Positions 49,565-60,492 of a stretch of DNA of 64,000 bases are shown piece after piece. The stretch comes from Burkholderiales bacterium (GTDB lineage Bacteria; Pseudomonadota; Gammaproteobacteria; Burkholderiales; Burkholderiaceae_C): positions 7,588 to 71,587 of the forward strand of contig JABEVE010000004.1 of NCBI GenBank assembly GCA_013044035.1, in the 5' to 3' direction. The notes beneath the pieces are model-generated. The model did no database searches and had not been told where the DNA came from. It saw only the letters and a program-made list of their open reading frames with translations. The number at the start of each line of letters is the position of its first letter. Position 1 is the stretch's first letter. A program made the translations under genes and the position numbers.

Positions 49565-50643
49565 TGCGCCACCCGCAAGGCCATGCCCGGGCGCAGTTCG
49601 TAGTTGCCCAGAACCACCAGCGGCAGGCCGGGGTTCAACGGCCCGCTGATACCCGTGCGCTCGGCCTGATCGAGTTCGATCTTCACGTTCACGCGCTGCG
49701 CCTTGCCGTGATCGTCCTGGAACACATAGGCCTGTCCCGAGGCGTCACGCAACACGGCCTCACGCGGCACGACCCAGCCCCGCCAGTGGCGCAGGTCCAT
49801 CTGGGCCTGGACCGCAAGGCCAGGCAGCAAGGCCGTGGCTTGAGGCGACAGCGCGAGGGTGACGTTCACGAGGTGGCTCTGCGGGTCCACCACGCCGGCG
49901 ATGGCCAACACCGTGGCGGCGTCCGTCTTGTCGGGGTCGAACACGGGTTGCAGGCGTGCTGGCTGGCCTGCGACCAGCGCGGCCGCGACCTCGGGCGTCA
50001 CGCCGACGACGGCTTGTAAACCCGCCGATGGCGCCAGTGTCAACGCGGCGCTGCCGGCGGCCAGCAAGGCACCGGGCGTGGTCTGCACCGCAGTCACCAC
50101 GCCGGCGAATGGCGCCATCGTCCGGTGCGCGCCGCTGCCCAAGCCCTGCTGCTGTGTGGCGGCCAGCTGTGCCTGGGCATCGGCCAAGGTCTTGCGCGCG
50201 GCGTTCACCTGCGTCTCGGTGGCGAGTTGTTGCGTGGCCAGTTGCTGCACGCGCTGCAAGTCGGCCTGGGCGTAGCGCACGGCATTCCGGGCCTGGGCGT
50301 AAGCCAGATCGGCACCCGGGGCGGTCTGTACCGTCAACAAGGGCTGACCCTGTTTCACGCGCTGGCCCATGCGCACCAGAACCTGCCGCACCTGCACCTG
50401 ACGCGGAAATGCAATCGCCAGGCTCTGGCTGCTGGCCGTCGTCACGCTGCCGAGCGCATGTACCGTCTGCGCGAGTTGACCCTGGCGCAGCGGTGCCACT
50501 TGCGCCAGCACCGATACCGTTGGTGTGGCCTCGGCATGGGCGCGGCCCGGCACGGCGGCTGCGAGCGTCAGACCGAGAAAAAGCAGCGGCAACAGACGAC
50601 GCAGTGGGTGGTCATGACATGGTGCGCAGGGGAGGGAAGTCAT
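49561..50643 (-). CDS. RND membrane fusion protein
   Basis: N-terminal TM, lipoyl and hairpin segments, WVVPREAV; ATGA-coupled. Confidence 0.9.
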   Translation of the reverse strand: MTSLPCAPCHDHPLRRLLPLLFLGLTLAAAVPGRAHAEATPTVSVLAQVAPLRQGQLAQTVHALGSVTTASSQSLAIAFPRQVQVRQVLVRMGQRVKQGQPLLTVQTAPGADLAYAQARNAVRYAQADLQRVQQLATQQLATETQVNAARKTLADAQAQLAATQQQGLGSGAHRTMAPFAGVVTAVQTTPGALLAAGSAALTLAPSAGLQAVVGVTPEVAAALVAGQPARLQPVFDPDKTDAATVLAIAGVVDPQSHLVNVTLALSPQATALLPGLAVQAQMDLRHWRGWVVPREAVLRDASGQAYVFQDDHGKAQRVNVKIELDQAERTGISGPLNPGLPLVVLGNYELRPGMALRVAQ

Positions 50644-52253
50644 CGGGATGGGCTCCGCATTTCGGACGTTGTCTGGGGCAGGTCGGGAGGCTGTGCGGCC
50701 GTGGTCGTGACGGCAGCCGGGCGGTACACCCCGGTGCCAGTCAGCAGGTCCAGGGCCACGGCCTGCTCGGCGGCCTGTTGGGCGTTGGCCTGCAGGGCCA
50801 GGCGCTGCTGCAGCAAGGCCATGCGCTGGGCCTGGGCCTGGGGCAGGGTGATGGCGCCCGCATCCAGCGCCGAGGTGGCGGCGCGTTCGGCACTTTCGAG
50901 TTGCGGCAAGCCGGCTTCCAGTTTCTGGCGCTGGCGCCGCAACAGGTCGAGGTTGGCGAGAGCCTGGGCCACATCGGCGTGGGCCTGGTCCAGCCGCAAC
51001 TGGTAGGCGTCGAACAACGCTTGCCGCGTGGCGCGCTGCACCGCGATGGCGCCGCGGCTGCCATTGAAGATGGGCAGGCTGAAACTCACGCCAAAGCCGA
51101 GGGTGTTGACGTTGGCCGTGTCGCGCGCCCGGTTCAGACCGACGCTGAACGAGGGAAACTGCGCCAGCACCGCCTCGCGCAGTTTCTGCTCCTGGCTGGC
51201 GTAGCCGGCGCGCAAGGCCATGAGGTCGGGACGGATGGCGGCGATATGCGCCAGGGCCTCGTGTGTGGCGGCGGCGTCGTGCGCCGGCAGGGCCGGCAGC
51301 GGCGCCAGTTGCAACGGCACCGCGGGGGCCAGGCCGAGCAGGGCGTGAAGCCTGGATTCGAACTGGAGTCGCTGCTGTGCGTCGATCGCCAGGCGCTGCT
51401 CCACGGCTTGAAGCTCGACCAAGGCCGCGTCGGCATTGGTGCGCGGCAGGTTGCCGGCCGCAACCGCCTGGCGCGTGCGCAGCAGCCCTCGTTGCACCAA
51501 GTCGCGCTGGCTCTGGAGCAAGGCGTCACGCTGCTGCAGGCCGCTCAGTTGCACGAACAGCAGTTGTGCCTGGCCCACGGTCTGCCATTCCTGCCACAGC
51601 AGTTGCAGGTCGATGTCGCGCGCATGGGCTTTGGCTGCGGCACGCGCGGCCGGGCGGGTGATGAGACTGCCGAGGTCGAAATTCAGCGAATAGTTGTAGG
51701 CACTGCTGGTGGCTCCTGCGCTGTTGCCGGGGAAGTCCTGCGTGGTGGAAAACTGCGGATCGGGCAGCAGTCCGGCGGCAAAGGCCTGTGCCTGGGCGAT
51801 GCCGGTCTGGTCGCGCGCCAGTTGCAGTTGCGGGTTGTTCAGCACCGCCAGCGTGGCCACGGCATCCAGAGTCAGCGGGGCATGCAGGTCGATGGGTTGC
51901 GCCGCAAGCTGCGGCAGGGCCATGCGGCTGCGATTCACCTGGAGTCCGGCAAGACTGCGCTGGAGTTGTGCCTGCTCGGGCAGTGGCTTGGGGGCATAAC
52001 TGGCGCAGGCGCCCAGCGCCAGGGTCAAGGCCACCAGGCTGGCAGAGAGCACCAGGTGGCGGGCGCAGCGCCGTTGCTGTCGCTCGGCAACGACGAAAGG
52101 GCGCAGAGCCGAGACCGGCATGGCCACTGCACCGGGCCGTGCGAGCTGGGGTGGACATGCTTCCGGGCTTTTGCTTTGCAAACGCGGTGTCCCCACGGGG
52201 CTGAGTACGTTTCCGATCGCTGCGCGCTTGTTCATGGTTCGCGTGGAGGTCAT
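50640..52253 (-). CDS. TolC-family outer membrane efflux lipoprotein
   Basis: Lipobox LGAC, OEP repeats; ATG overlaps PAP2 stop. Confidence 0.88.
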   Translation of the reverse strand: MTSTRTMNKRAAIGNVLSPVGTPRLQSKSPEACPPQLARPGAVAMPVSALRPFVVAERQQRRCARHLVLSASLVALTLALGACASYAPKPLPEQAQLQRSLAGLQVNRSRMALPQLAAQPIDLHAPLTLDAVATLAVLNNPQLQLARDQTGIAQAQAFAAGLLPDPQFSTTQDFPGNSAGATSSAYNYSLNFDLGSLITRPAARAAAKAHARDIDLQLLWQEWQTVGQAQLLFVQLSGLQQRDALLQSQRDLVQRGLLRTRQAVAAGNLPRTNADAALVELQAVEQRLAIDAQQRLQFESRLHALLGLAPAVPLQLAPLPALPAHDAAATHEALAHIAAIRPDLMALRAGYASQEQKLREAVLAQFPSFSVGLNRARDTANVNTLGFGVSFSLPIFNGSRGAIAVQRATRQALFDAYQLRLDQAHADVAQALANLDLLRRQRQKLEAGLPQLESAERAATSALDAGAITLPQAQAQRMALLQQRLALQANAQQAAEQAVALDLLTGTGVYRPAAVTTTAAQPPDLPQTTSEMRSPSR

Positions 52254-52843
52254 GCCCGGATCCAGCGCCTGGAAATCAGCCGCTTGCCAAGCTTGTGGTA
52301 AGCAAGGTTCATCGCGGCAGTGAGGTTGCCCACCTTTGCATGCCAGGGCTGGATCAGCAACGCGCTGGCCAAACCCACCGCGGCGGCGCCGATCATGTCC
52401 AGCGGCCAGTGCACGCCGAGGTAGATGCGTGCCCAGGCTACCGGCAGGCCGAGCAGGGCCAAACCGAACCCGGCACGACGCCAGTCGCGATGCAGCATGA
52501 GTGCGAAGGCCACACCCCAGATGACGGTGAGGTGGTCGCTGGGAAAACTGCTGTCGGCCGCATGTGCGAGGAATTGGTGACCAACGCCGAGCACGAAAGG
52601 CCGTGGCTCGGTCCAGGCCAGGCCAATGAACTGGTTGAGTCCCAGACCCAGAAGCGCGGTCAGTGCCGCATGCACCAATGCCGCTCGCGGCGCCTGCCGG
52701 CGCCACAGCCAGCCGACCACCAGCAGCAGGGGTGCGGCGAAGATCAGATCTTGCGCCGCGAAACGCGCCAAGGCCAACAGCCACGTCGCGGGTTGCGCCG
52801 TGGCGTTGAGCCAGAGAAAGACTGTCGTGTTGAAGGCAAGCAT
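52250..52843 (-). CDS. PAP2-family phosphatase (BcrC-like undecaprenyl-diphosphatase)
   Basis: EPRPF, SFPSDH, RIYLGVHWPLD. Confidence 0.9.
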   Translation of the reverse strand: MLAFNTTVFLWLNATAQPATWLLALARFAAQDLIFAAPLLLVVGWLWRRQAPRAALVHAALTALLGLGLNQFIGLAWTEPRPFVLGVGHQFLAHAADSSFPSDHLTVIWGVAFALMLHRDWRRAGFGLALLGLPVAWARIYLGVHWPLDMIGAAAVGLASALLIQPWHAKVGNLTAAMNLAYHKLGKRLISRRWIRA

Positions 52844-52929
52844 CTGAACCCTGCGCCGGCACGCAACAAGCTGCCAGCAACCCCATGAGGCCCGCCCGAT
52901 CGGCGTGAGACGCAGCCTAGGCAGGGAGA

Positions 52930-52945
52930 CTTAGAAGTTTCTTAG
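52930..52945. promoter_or_regulatory. Direct repeat CTTAG-N6-CTTAG, candidate OmpR-family (QseB/PmrA-like) box
   Basis: 11-bp-period repeat about 90 bp upstream of the PAP2-RND-TCS operon. Confidence 0.45.
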
Positions 52946-52974
52946 CGGGCCTGGTTCCAGCGGCGGTTCCGGGC

Positions 52975-55800
52975 TCAACCCGTATTGCGCAGTCCCGCGG
53001 CAATGCCGTTGATGCTCAGGTGGATGCCGCGTTTGGTGCGCTCGTCGGTCTGGCCTTCACGGAAGCGGCGTAACAGCTCGATCTGCAGGTGATTGAGCGG
53101 ATCGATGTAGGGGAAGCGGGCGCGGATGGAACGGGCCAGGGTGGGGTTGCTTTGCAGGAACTCCTGCTCGCCGGTGATCTGGCGCATGGCCTGCACCGTG
53201 CGCTGCCATTCCTGCTCAAGGGCGGCGAACACCTGCTTGCGCGTGCGCGTGTCGGTGACGAGCTGGGCATAGTGCGAAGCCACAGCCAGGTCGGATTTCG
53301 CCAGCACCATGTCCATGTTCGACAGCAGGGCGCGGAAGAAGGGCCATTGCTTGTGCATGCGCGCCAGCAACTCGGCGCCGTTGTCCGGGTGGTCGATGAT
53401 GAATTGTTCCACCGCCGAGCCAAAGCCGAACCAACCGGGCAGGGCCACGCGGCACTGGCCCCACGAAAAGCTCCAGGGGATGGCGCGCAGGTCGGCAATA
53501 CTCTGGCTGGCCTTGCGCGAAGCCGGCCGGCTGCCGATGTTGAGTCCGGCAATTTCGCTGATGGGAGTGGCGGTGTAGAAATAGTCGATGAAGCGCGGAT
53601 TGCCATAGACCAGATCGCGATAGGCGCTGATGGCCACCTGCGATAGCTGTGCTGCCGCCTGCAGGAAGGGCAGTGGCGCACCTGTGCGCACGCCTTGGCG
53701 AAGCGGGGTCTCGCCACCCTTGGCACGGGACGACAGCAGGGTTGCTTCCATCGTTGCGGCCACCAGCGTTTCCAGGTTCTGGCGGCCGATTTCGGGGTTG
53801 GCATATTTGCTGGAGATGACTTCGCCCTGCTCAGTCAGGCGGATGCTCCCCCCCACGGTGCCGGCCGGCTGGGCGAGGATGGCCTCGTAGCTGGGGCCGC
53901 CGCCACGGCCCACGCTGCCGCCGCGGCCATGGAACAGACGCAGACGAATGCCGTGGTCGGCGCCCAGTTGGGCGAACAGTTCGGCCAAGGCCACCGAGGC
54001 TTTGTGCAATTCCCAGTTGGATGTGAAGAAGCCGCCGTCCTTGTTGCTGTCGGAATAGCCCAGCATGATTTCCTGCAGCGCGCTCGACTCCTGCACCAGA
54101 TCGGCCATGCCGGGAAGAGCGAAGAAGCCGCGCATGATCTCGGGCGCGTTGCGCAAGTCGTCGATGGTCTCGAACAGCGGCACCACCAGCAGTTCGGCGC
54201 TGGCGCCTGGCTGGCCCAAGGTGCCGTGGAACAGGCCGCATTCCTTTTGCAGGACCAACACTTCGAGCAGATCACTGACGCTTTCGGTGTGCGAGATGAT
54301 GGTCTGGCGGATGGTGTCTTCCCCCAGAAGCCTGCGCGCGGCGCGGGCCTGCTCGAACACGGCAAGTTCTGCGCGCGTCCAGTCGGAGTAGGTGGCGTCG
54401 GGCACGCGCAGCGGGCGCGGGTCTTGCAGGGTGTGCAGCAAAAGGTCGATGCGCCCGGCCTCGTCCAGGGCGGAGTAATCGGTGCAAATGCGGGCGGTGG
54501 CCAGCAACTCGCGCACCACCTCCTCGTGTTTGTCGGAGCTCTGGCGCAGATCGATGGTGGCGAGGTGAAAGCCGAACACCTCCACCGCGCGAATCAGCGG
54601 GTCCAGACGGGGTCGCGCCAGCGCCGCAGCGTGGTGGCCGGCGAGTGAATCGCGTGCGATGCGCAGATCGGCGGCGAAGGCCTCGGCGCTGGGGTAGGGG
54701 TCGGCCTGGCCCACTTCATGGCGCAGCACATCGGCGTCACCGAGTTTGCGCAAGGTGGCGGCAAGGCGCGCGTACACCCCGATGAGGGCGCGGCGGTAGG
54801 GCTCGTCCTTGCGATGCTCGGAGTTGTCGGGCGACGCCTCGGCTAGCGCCAGCAGCTCCGGGCTGCTCGACGCCAGCATCAGCGAGACCGACAGCTCGGC
54901 GCCGAGCGCATGCACCTGGTTGATGTAATGCTCCAGCGCGGTGCGCGCCTGCTTGCGCAGGGCATAGGCCAGGGTTTCGGCGGTGACGAAGGGGTTGCCG
55001 TCGCGATCACCGCCGATCCAGTGACCCATGCGGAAAAACGGCCGCAGGCGCCAGGGCTGGCCATCGTCACGCGGGAAGAGCTCGTCGAGGTCGCTTTCCA
55101 GTTCGATGTACAGCCGTGGCACTTCGCTGAAAAATGTGCTGTCGTAATACGACAGCGCATTTTTGATCTCGTCCGAAACGCGCAGCTTGGTGAAGCGCAG
55201 CAGGCGCGTCTGCCACAACTGCGTGACGCGCGCGCGCAACTCGGCGTCGATGTCGCGCTGTCGTTTCGGAGACAGCAGTTGGTCGCGCTCGGCCAGCAGC
55301 CGCGCGATGACGCGCTCGGCGTCGAGCAGGCTCTTGCGCTGCACCTCGGTGGGGTGGGCGGTGAGCACGGGGGAAATCAGGGAGTGGGCGAAAAATTCCT
55401 CGATCTGCGCAGACCCGATGCCTGTCTTGCGCAGTTTGTCGAGCGCGGCGCGCACGCTGCCCGGCTGCGGCTTGTCGCCCGCCAACTCATGCGCATGGCG
55501 GCGGCGCAGGGCGTGCCGATCCTCGGCAATGTTGGCGAGGATGGAGAAAAAGCTGAAGGCGCGAATCACGCTGACCGCCTGATCGCGCGACAGACCTTGC
55601 AGCAGTCGGTCGAGCGTGCGGCGTTGCTGCGCCTCGCCGTCGCGGTGGAAGGTGACCGACTGCTGCCGCACTTTTTCCACGATGTCGTACATGGCCTGCC
55701 CCTCCTGCTCGCGAATCACATCGCCGAGCAGGCGACCGAGATGGCGAATGTCGTCGAACAGGGCGTGGTCGGAGGGCTTGGTGGTTGAACGTTCAGGCAT
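52975..55800 (-). CDS. ppc: Phosphoenolpyruvate carboxylase
   Basis: [54 protein letters not shown]. Confidence 0.98.
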   Translation of the reverse strand: MPERSTTKPSDHALFDDIRHLGRLLGDVIREQEGQAMYDIVEKVRQQSVTFHRDGEAQQRRTLDRLLQGLSRDQAVSVIRAFSFFSILANIAEDRHALRRRHAHELAGDKPQPGSVRAALDKLRKTGIGSAQIEEFFAHSLISPVLTAHPTEVQRKSLLDAERVIARLLAERDQLLSPKRQRDIDAELRARVTQLWQTRLLRFTKLRVSDEIKNALSYYDSTFFSEVPRLYIELESDLDELFPRDDGQPWRLRPFFRMGHWIGGDRDGNPFVTAETLAYALRKQARTALEHYINQVHALGAELSVSLMLASSSPELLALAEASPDNSEHRKDEPYRRALIGVYARLAATLRKLGDADVLRHEVGQADPYPSAEAFAADLRIARDSLAGHHAAALARPRLDPLIRAVEVFGFHLATIDLRQSSDKHEEVVRELLATARICTDYSALDEAGRIDLLLHTLQDPRPLRVPDATYSDWTRAELAVFEQARAARRLLGEDTIRQTIISHTESVSDLLEVLVLQKECGLFHGTLGQPGASAELLVVPLFETIDDLRNAPEIMRGFFALPGMADLVQESSALQEIMLGYSDSNKDGGFFTSNWELHKASVALAELFAQLGADHGIRLRLFHGRGGSVGRGGGPSYEAILAQPAGTVGGSIRLTEQGEVISSKYANPEIGRQNLETLVAATMEATLLSSRAKGGETPLRQGVRTGAPLPFLQAAAQLSQVAISAYRDLVYGNPRFIDYFYTATPISEIAGLNIGSRPASRKASQSIADLRAIPWSFSWGQCRVALPGWFGFGSAVEQFIIDHPDNGAELLARMHKQWPFFRALLSNMDMVLAKSDLAVASHYAQLVTDTRTRKQVFAALEQEWQRTVQAMRQITGEQEFLQSNPTLARSIRARFPYIDPLNHLQIELLRRFREGQTDERTKRGIHLSINGIAAGLRNTG

Positions 55801-56108
55801 GGGGTTGGGTCGGTGAGCGCGTCAGCAGGGAATGGCGGTGAGGAATTGGCAAACGAATTGCCGATGGGCAGATTGGCCACCCGCAAGCAAGAATCGAGCA
55901 AGCATCGGGCCATGGATCGAAAACAACAGAGAAACCAGAGCAAGATTCATGCTATCAGTCGCTGCGCCGCATGCCCGCCAGCGGCGGCATCGCGCATTGG
56001 ACCTTGGGCAAGCTTTGCGCTGGGTGTGGAGGGGGCGCCTGTGGGCTGTGGTGCCGCTGCTACGATTTCCGCATGCATTGCGCCACCTTGCCAGCCCGGC
56101 TTCCATCC

Positions 56109-57044
56109 ATGCCCGCACGCCTCGTCATCGCCACGCGCGAAAGCCGTCTCGCACTCTGGCAGGCCGAGCATGTCCAGGCCCTGCTGCGCGGGTTGCACCC
56201 GGGTTGTGCGATCGCCCTCAACGGCATGACCACGCGCGGGGACCAGATCCTGGACAAGACCTTGTCCAAGGTCGGCGGCAAGGGCCTGTTTGTCAAAGAG
56301 TTGGAAACGGCGATGGAAGCCGGCGAGGCCGATTTGGCGGTGCATTCCCTCAAGGATGTGCCCATGGTGTTGCCCGCAGGTTTTGCCCTGCCGGTCATCA
56401 TGCAGCGCGAAGATGCTCGCGACGCCTGGGTTTCGGGTAAGGCAGCGCATTTCACGGCGCTGCCTCGGGGGGCGGTGGTCGGCACGTCCAGCCTGCGCCG
56501 GGAAATGCAGATCCGCGCACTGCGCCCCGACGTGCATGTGGTGCCGTTGCGCGGCAACCTCGACACTCGTCTGCGCAAGCTCGACGAAGGCCAGTATGAC
56601 GGCATCGTCCTGGCGGCTGCCGGGTTGAAGCGTCTCGGTCTGGAGAGCCGCATCCGCGCGTTGATCGACACCACCGACATGCTGCCGGCGGTGGGCCAAG
56701 CGGCGCTGGGCATCGAAACGCGTGCCGACCGCCCCGACGTGGCCGCGGCGTTGAAGCCCCTGGACCACATGCCTACGCATCTGTGCGCTGCAGCCGAGCG
56801 CGCCGTGGCGCGCGCACTGGGCGGCAGTTGTAGTACGCCGCTTGGCGCGCATGCCGCCTGGTCGGGGTCGACCCTGCAACTGCGTGCCCTGCTTGGCCTG
56901 CCGGATGGCAGCCGCGTGCTGCGCGCCGACCTCGCCGCCCCGGTGAACAGCTTGCAGGCCGCCGAGGCGCTGGGTCGCGAAGCGGCGCTCGTCTTGCTGG
57001 CGCAGGGGGCGCAGGCCATGCTCGAGCAATTGCAGGCGGTCTGA
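56109..57044 (+). CDS. hemC: Porphobilinogen deaminase
   Basis: [40 protein letters not shown]. Confidence 0.97.
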   Translation: MPARLVIATRESRLALWQAEHVQALLRGLHPGCAIALNGMTTRGDQILDKTLSKVGGKGLFVKELETAMEAGEADLAVHSLKDVPMVLPAGFALPVIMQREDARDAWVSGKAAHFTALPRGAVVGTSSLRREMQIRALRPDVHVVPLRGNLDTRLRKLDEGQYDGIVLAAAGLKRLGLESRIRALIDTTDMLPAVGQAALGIETRADRPDVAAALKPLDHMPTHLCAAAERAVARALGGSCSTPLGAHAAWSGSTLQLRALLGLPDGSRVLRADLAAPVNSLQAAEALGREAALVLLAQGAQAMLEQLQAV

Positions 57045-57050
57045 GCGGTC

Positions 57051-57914
57051 GTGGGCAGACCACCCGAGGCAAGACCCATGCCCGCCGATCCGCTTTCAGC
57101 CCCGAGCCTCATCCTGACGCATCCGCAGGACGACGCGCGTGACGATGCGCGCAGTCTGGCGTTACACCGAGCCGGCGTCGCGCTGCTCCACTTTCCGCTC
57201 ATCCGCATCCTGCCGCCGCGCGATGCGGCGCCCGCGGCGCAAGCGCTCGCCGCGCTGGCCGATTTCGACCTGGCCGTGCCGGTCAGCCCGGCGGCGGTTC
57301 GCGCAACGCTGAGCATGTTGCGTGCTCCCTGGCCGAAAACCTGCGCCGTGGGCCTGGTCGGACCCGGCAGCCGCGCTGCATTCGAGCAAGCGCTGCGCCT
57401 GCGCGGCGAGTCGCCCGAGGCGTTGCGCATCGTGGCTGCGCCTGCGGCCGCGGCCGACTCGGAAGGGCTCTGGCTGGCACTCCAGGGACTTGGCGCCAGC
57501 TTGCCGCGGCACGGCTGGGCCAACGCACGCGTGCTGCTGTTGCGAGGCGGCCCGGGCCGCAACTGGCTTGCCGACACCCTCACGGCTGCCGGCGCCCGCG
57601 TGTGCCGCGTCAGCGTCTACCGTCGCAAGGCACCCGCGCCCGACGCGGCCACGCTCGACCGGTTGCGCAACGTGCTGGCGCATTCCGGGAATTTCGCCCC
57701 CGGGGCGACCTGGCTGCTGACCGCCTCCGAGGGAGTGCGCAATCTGCAAAACCTGCTCGCGTCGGCCGGGCTGCAGGCCAGTGTGCTGGCGCAACATCGC
57801 GCTCTGGCGACGCATGCGCGCATTGCGGTGTCGGCGCGGGACATTGGCTTTGGACGTGTCGACCTGTGCACACCCGATACCGCCTCCATCCTGCAGGCCT
57901 TGCATGGGTCTTGA
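57051..57914 (+). CDS. hemD: Uroporphyrinogen-III synthase (start may be 57078)
   Basis: VSPAAV, VGPGS, DSEGL, LLRGGPGR, VYRR; follows hemC. Confidence 0.85.
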   Translation: MGRPPEARPMPADPLSAPSLILTHPQDDARDDARSLALHRAGVALLHFPLIRILPPRDAAPAAQALAALADFDLAVPVSPAAVRATLSMLRAPWPKTCAVGLVGPGSRAAFEQALRLRGESPEALRIVAAPAAAADSEGLWLALQGLGASLPRHGWANARVLLLRGGPGRNWLADTLTAAGARVCRVSVYRRKAPAPDAATLDRLRNVLAHSGNFAPGATWLLTASEGVRNLQNLLASAGLQASVLAQHRALATHARIAVSARDIGFGRVDLCTPDTASILQALHGS

Positions 57915-58104
57915 GGTCTTCTGGGCCTATCCTGGCCATGGGACTTCTGGCCGCGGAATGTCTCGAGCCATGGCATGGCGGTGTGCGGCGTCCATGGCGC
58001 CTCGCGCCATGATGCGCGGCCCGCGGCACGCCCACGAAGCGTTGTCCCTGGACGGGGGACACGTGGACCCGGAACCGGGGTGAACAGGCCCTAGAATCAG
58101 CCGC

Positions 58105-59274
58105 ATGTCCGAGCCGATTCAACCCCAAGCAGCAGGCGTTGCAACGCCGTCCGAGCCCCTGGGCTCCCATCTCGGCGATCAGGCAATGCCAGCGGACATG
58201 CCATCCCCCGAGACTCCGATGACGCCAGGCTTGCCGCCTGCCGGCTGGCCCGAGCAGCGCCCCGCTGCCGCGCACGACTGGCGCCTGGTGTGGCTGGCCA
58301 TGGCCGCTTTGCTGGTGTTGGTGGCGTTGGTGGCTTGGTGGCTCGATGGCCGGCTTTATGCCACGCAGGCCGAAATTGCCCGCCGCCTGCAGAACGCCGA
58401 CACCGCCTCCATCGAGGCGCGCACGATCGCCAAGCAGTCGGCCGAGGCCTCGCGCGAACTGACGGCCAGAGTGGCCGTGCTGGAGTCGCACGAACAAGAT
58501 CTGGTGGCTCAGCGTCAAGCGCTGCAGCAGATCTACCAGGACTTCGCCAAGAGCCGCGATGATGCCTTTCTCGGCCAGACCGCCGAACTCATCGCGCTGG
58601 CGCAGCAGCAGGCTGAACTCACTGGCAGCCTGAGCCCGCTGGTGAGCACGCTGGAGTCGTCCGTGGCGCGACTCAAGCGTGCCAGCAACCCGCGCGCCGT
58701 CATGGTGTTGCGCGCCGTGCAACAGGATCTGAGCCGGCTCAAGAGCAGTGTCGCGCCCGATGTCCCCGCCGCTGCGCAGCGCCTGGACGCCTTGGCCGCC
58801 CTGGTGGATGAGCTGCAGCCCCTGTCTTCGGCTGGGCCGCTGCAAGGCATGGCCGCCGGGGAGGCGGCGATGAACGCCCAGCACGACGCATGGGGGCCAA
58901 ACTGGGCGCCGTGGCTGGGTCGCTGGACGCATGCCGCATGGGAGCAGGTGCGCCAACTCGTCAGCATCACCAAGGTCGATCATCCCCATGCGCTGCTGAT
59001 GGCTCCGACACAGACCGATTTCCTGCGTGAGAACCTCAAGTTGCGGGTGCTCAACGCCCGGCTTGACCTGCTGTCGCGCAACGCCTCGGGCTACAAGGCC
59101 GATATGCGCAACATCGAGCAGGCGCTGCGCGACAGCTTCAACCTGCGCCAGCCGCGTACCCAAACCGCCATGGCCCTGGCGCGGCAGGCGGGGCAAATCG
59201 ATCTCGCTGCCCAGCCCGCCACCAACCTGCAATCGCTCGCGGTGCTGGCCACCCTCGGCTTGGGGAGCAACTGA
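58105..59274 (+). CDS. hemX: HemX-family membrane protein
   Basis: TM plus coiled coil; FLRENLKLRVLNARLDLL. Confidence 0.85.
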   Translation: MSEPIQPQAAGVATPSEPLGSHLGDQAMPADMPSPETPMTPGLPPAGWPEQRPAAAHDWRLVWLAMAALLVLVALVAWWLDGRLYATQAEIARRLQNADTASIEARTIAKQSAEASRELTARVAVLESHEQDLVAQRQALQQIYQDFAKSRDDAFLGQTAELIALAQQQAELTGSLSPLVSTLESSVARLKRASNPRAVMVLRAVQQDLSRLKSSVAPDVPAAAQRLDALAALVDELQPLSSAGPLQGMAAGEAAMNAQHDAWGPNWAPWLGRWTHAAWEQVRQLVSITKVDHPHALLMAPTQTDFLRENLKLRVLNARLDLLSRNASGYKADMRNIEQALRDSFNLRQPRTQTAMALARQAGQIDLAAQPATNLQSLAVLATLGLGSN

Positions 59275-60491
59275 TGCGCTGGCTTGCCTGGGTGGTTGCA
59301 CTAGCGCTGGCCGCGGCGCTGCTGGCCATGGCGGCCAGCGGCAGGCCTGGCAATGTGGCGATCCTGGTGCCGCCGTACCGCATCGACCTGTCGCTCAACC
59401 TGGCTGTGCTCTTGCTCCTGCTCGGCTTCGTGCTGTTCTACATCGCCATCCGTGCCTTCAGCCTCCTGCTCGGTCTGCCCCGCGCTGCGGCCCTGTTTCG
59501 CTCGCGACGGCGCATGCAGGTGGCGGCCGCGGCGCTGCACGAGTCGATCATGCATTTGCTGGGAGGGCGCTTTCGCCGCGCCGAGCGGGCGGCCGGCAAG
59601 GCTTCGGAAGTAGAGGCTTTCAAGCCCGGCGCGCTGCTGACTGCGGCACAGGCCGCGCAGGCGATGCAGGCCTATGAACGGCGCGATGCTTATCTTCAGG
59701 CCTTGCCTGGCCCGGCGCGCGAGACCGGCACGTTGATGCAGGCCGACTGGCAGATCGAGGCGCGCGACGCCCAAGCTGCGCAGCTGGCCTTGCGTAGACT
59801 TTCCGGCGGCATGCAGCGTCGCACCCAGACCATGCGCCTTGCCCTGTCGGCTGCGCGCGCGCTGCACGATCACGCCGAAGTCTTGCGCCTGGCCACCACA
59901 CTGCGCAAGCATCATGGGCTGCACCCCACAGCGGCCCAGGCCATGATGCACGGCGCGGCGCTCGGCCTCATCCGCCAGGCCAACCACGACGCTGAGTCTC
60001 TGGACGTCCTGTGGAGGTCCTTCGACCCGGCCTTGCGACACGATCCGCAAATTGCCGTGGCGGGCGCTCGCGGTCTGTTCGCAGCCGGCCAGGCGCAGCA
60101 GGCTCGCGCCCTGCTGGTCGAGGCTTTGCGCGCTCCAGGCGCCGAACCCGCGGCGTTGATGCCTGCGCTGCGCGGCATGCTCGCCGGCATCGACGCCAAT
60201 TTCGTGGCCCAGGCCGAAGCCTGGATCGATCGCTGGCCGCAGGAAGCCCAGGCCTTGTTTCTTGCAGCGCGTGCCTGCGCCGAACTGGAGCTCTGGGGCA
60301 AGGCGCAACAGTATCTGCACAAGGCGTTGGAGCTGTGCCAGCCCGATGAACGCCGCCTGCGCGGGGCCATTCATGCGGCCTTGGCGCGTTTGCAGGAGCG
60401 CATCGAGCGAGAAGACCAGGCCGGACGGCATTGGCGATTGGCGGCGATGGACCTCACCAGCGACGACTCGGCTGCGAACAGTGGCGTCTGA
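59274..60491 (+). CDS. hemY: HemY-family TPR membrane protein
   Basis: PGNVAILVPPYRIDLSLN, LGGRFRRAER, ELWGKAQQYL. Confidence 0.88.
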   Translation: MRWLAWVVALALAAALLAMAASGRPGNVAILVPPYRIDLSLNLAVLLLLLGFVLFYIAIRAFSLLLGLPRAAALFRSRRRMQVAAAALHESIMHLLGGRFRRAERAAGKASEVEAFKPGALLTAAQAAQAMQAYERRDAYLQALPGPARETGTLMQADWQIEARDAQAAQLALRRLSGGMQRRTQTMRLALSAARALHDHAEVLRLATTLRKHHGLHPTAAQAMMHGAALGLIRQANHDAESLDVLWRSFDPALRHDPQIAVAGARGLFAAGQAQQARALLVEALRAPGAEPAALMPALRGMLAGIDANFVAQAEAWIDRWPQEAQALFLAARACAELELWGKAQQYLHKALELCQPDERRLRGAIHAALARLQERIEREDQAGRHWRLAAMDLTSDDSAANSGV

Positions 60492-60492
60492 G

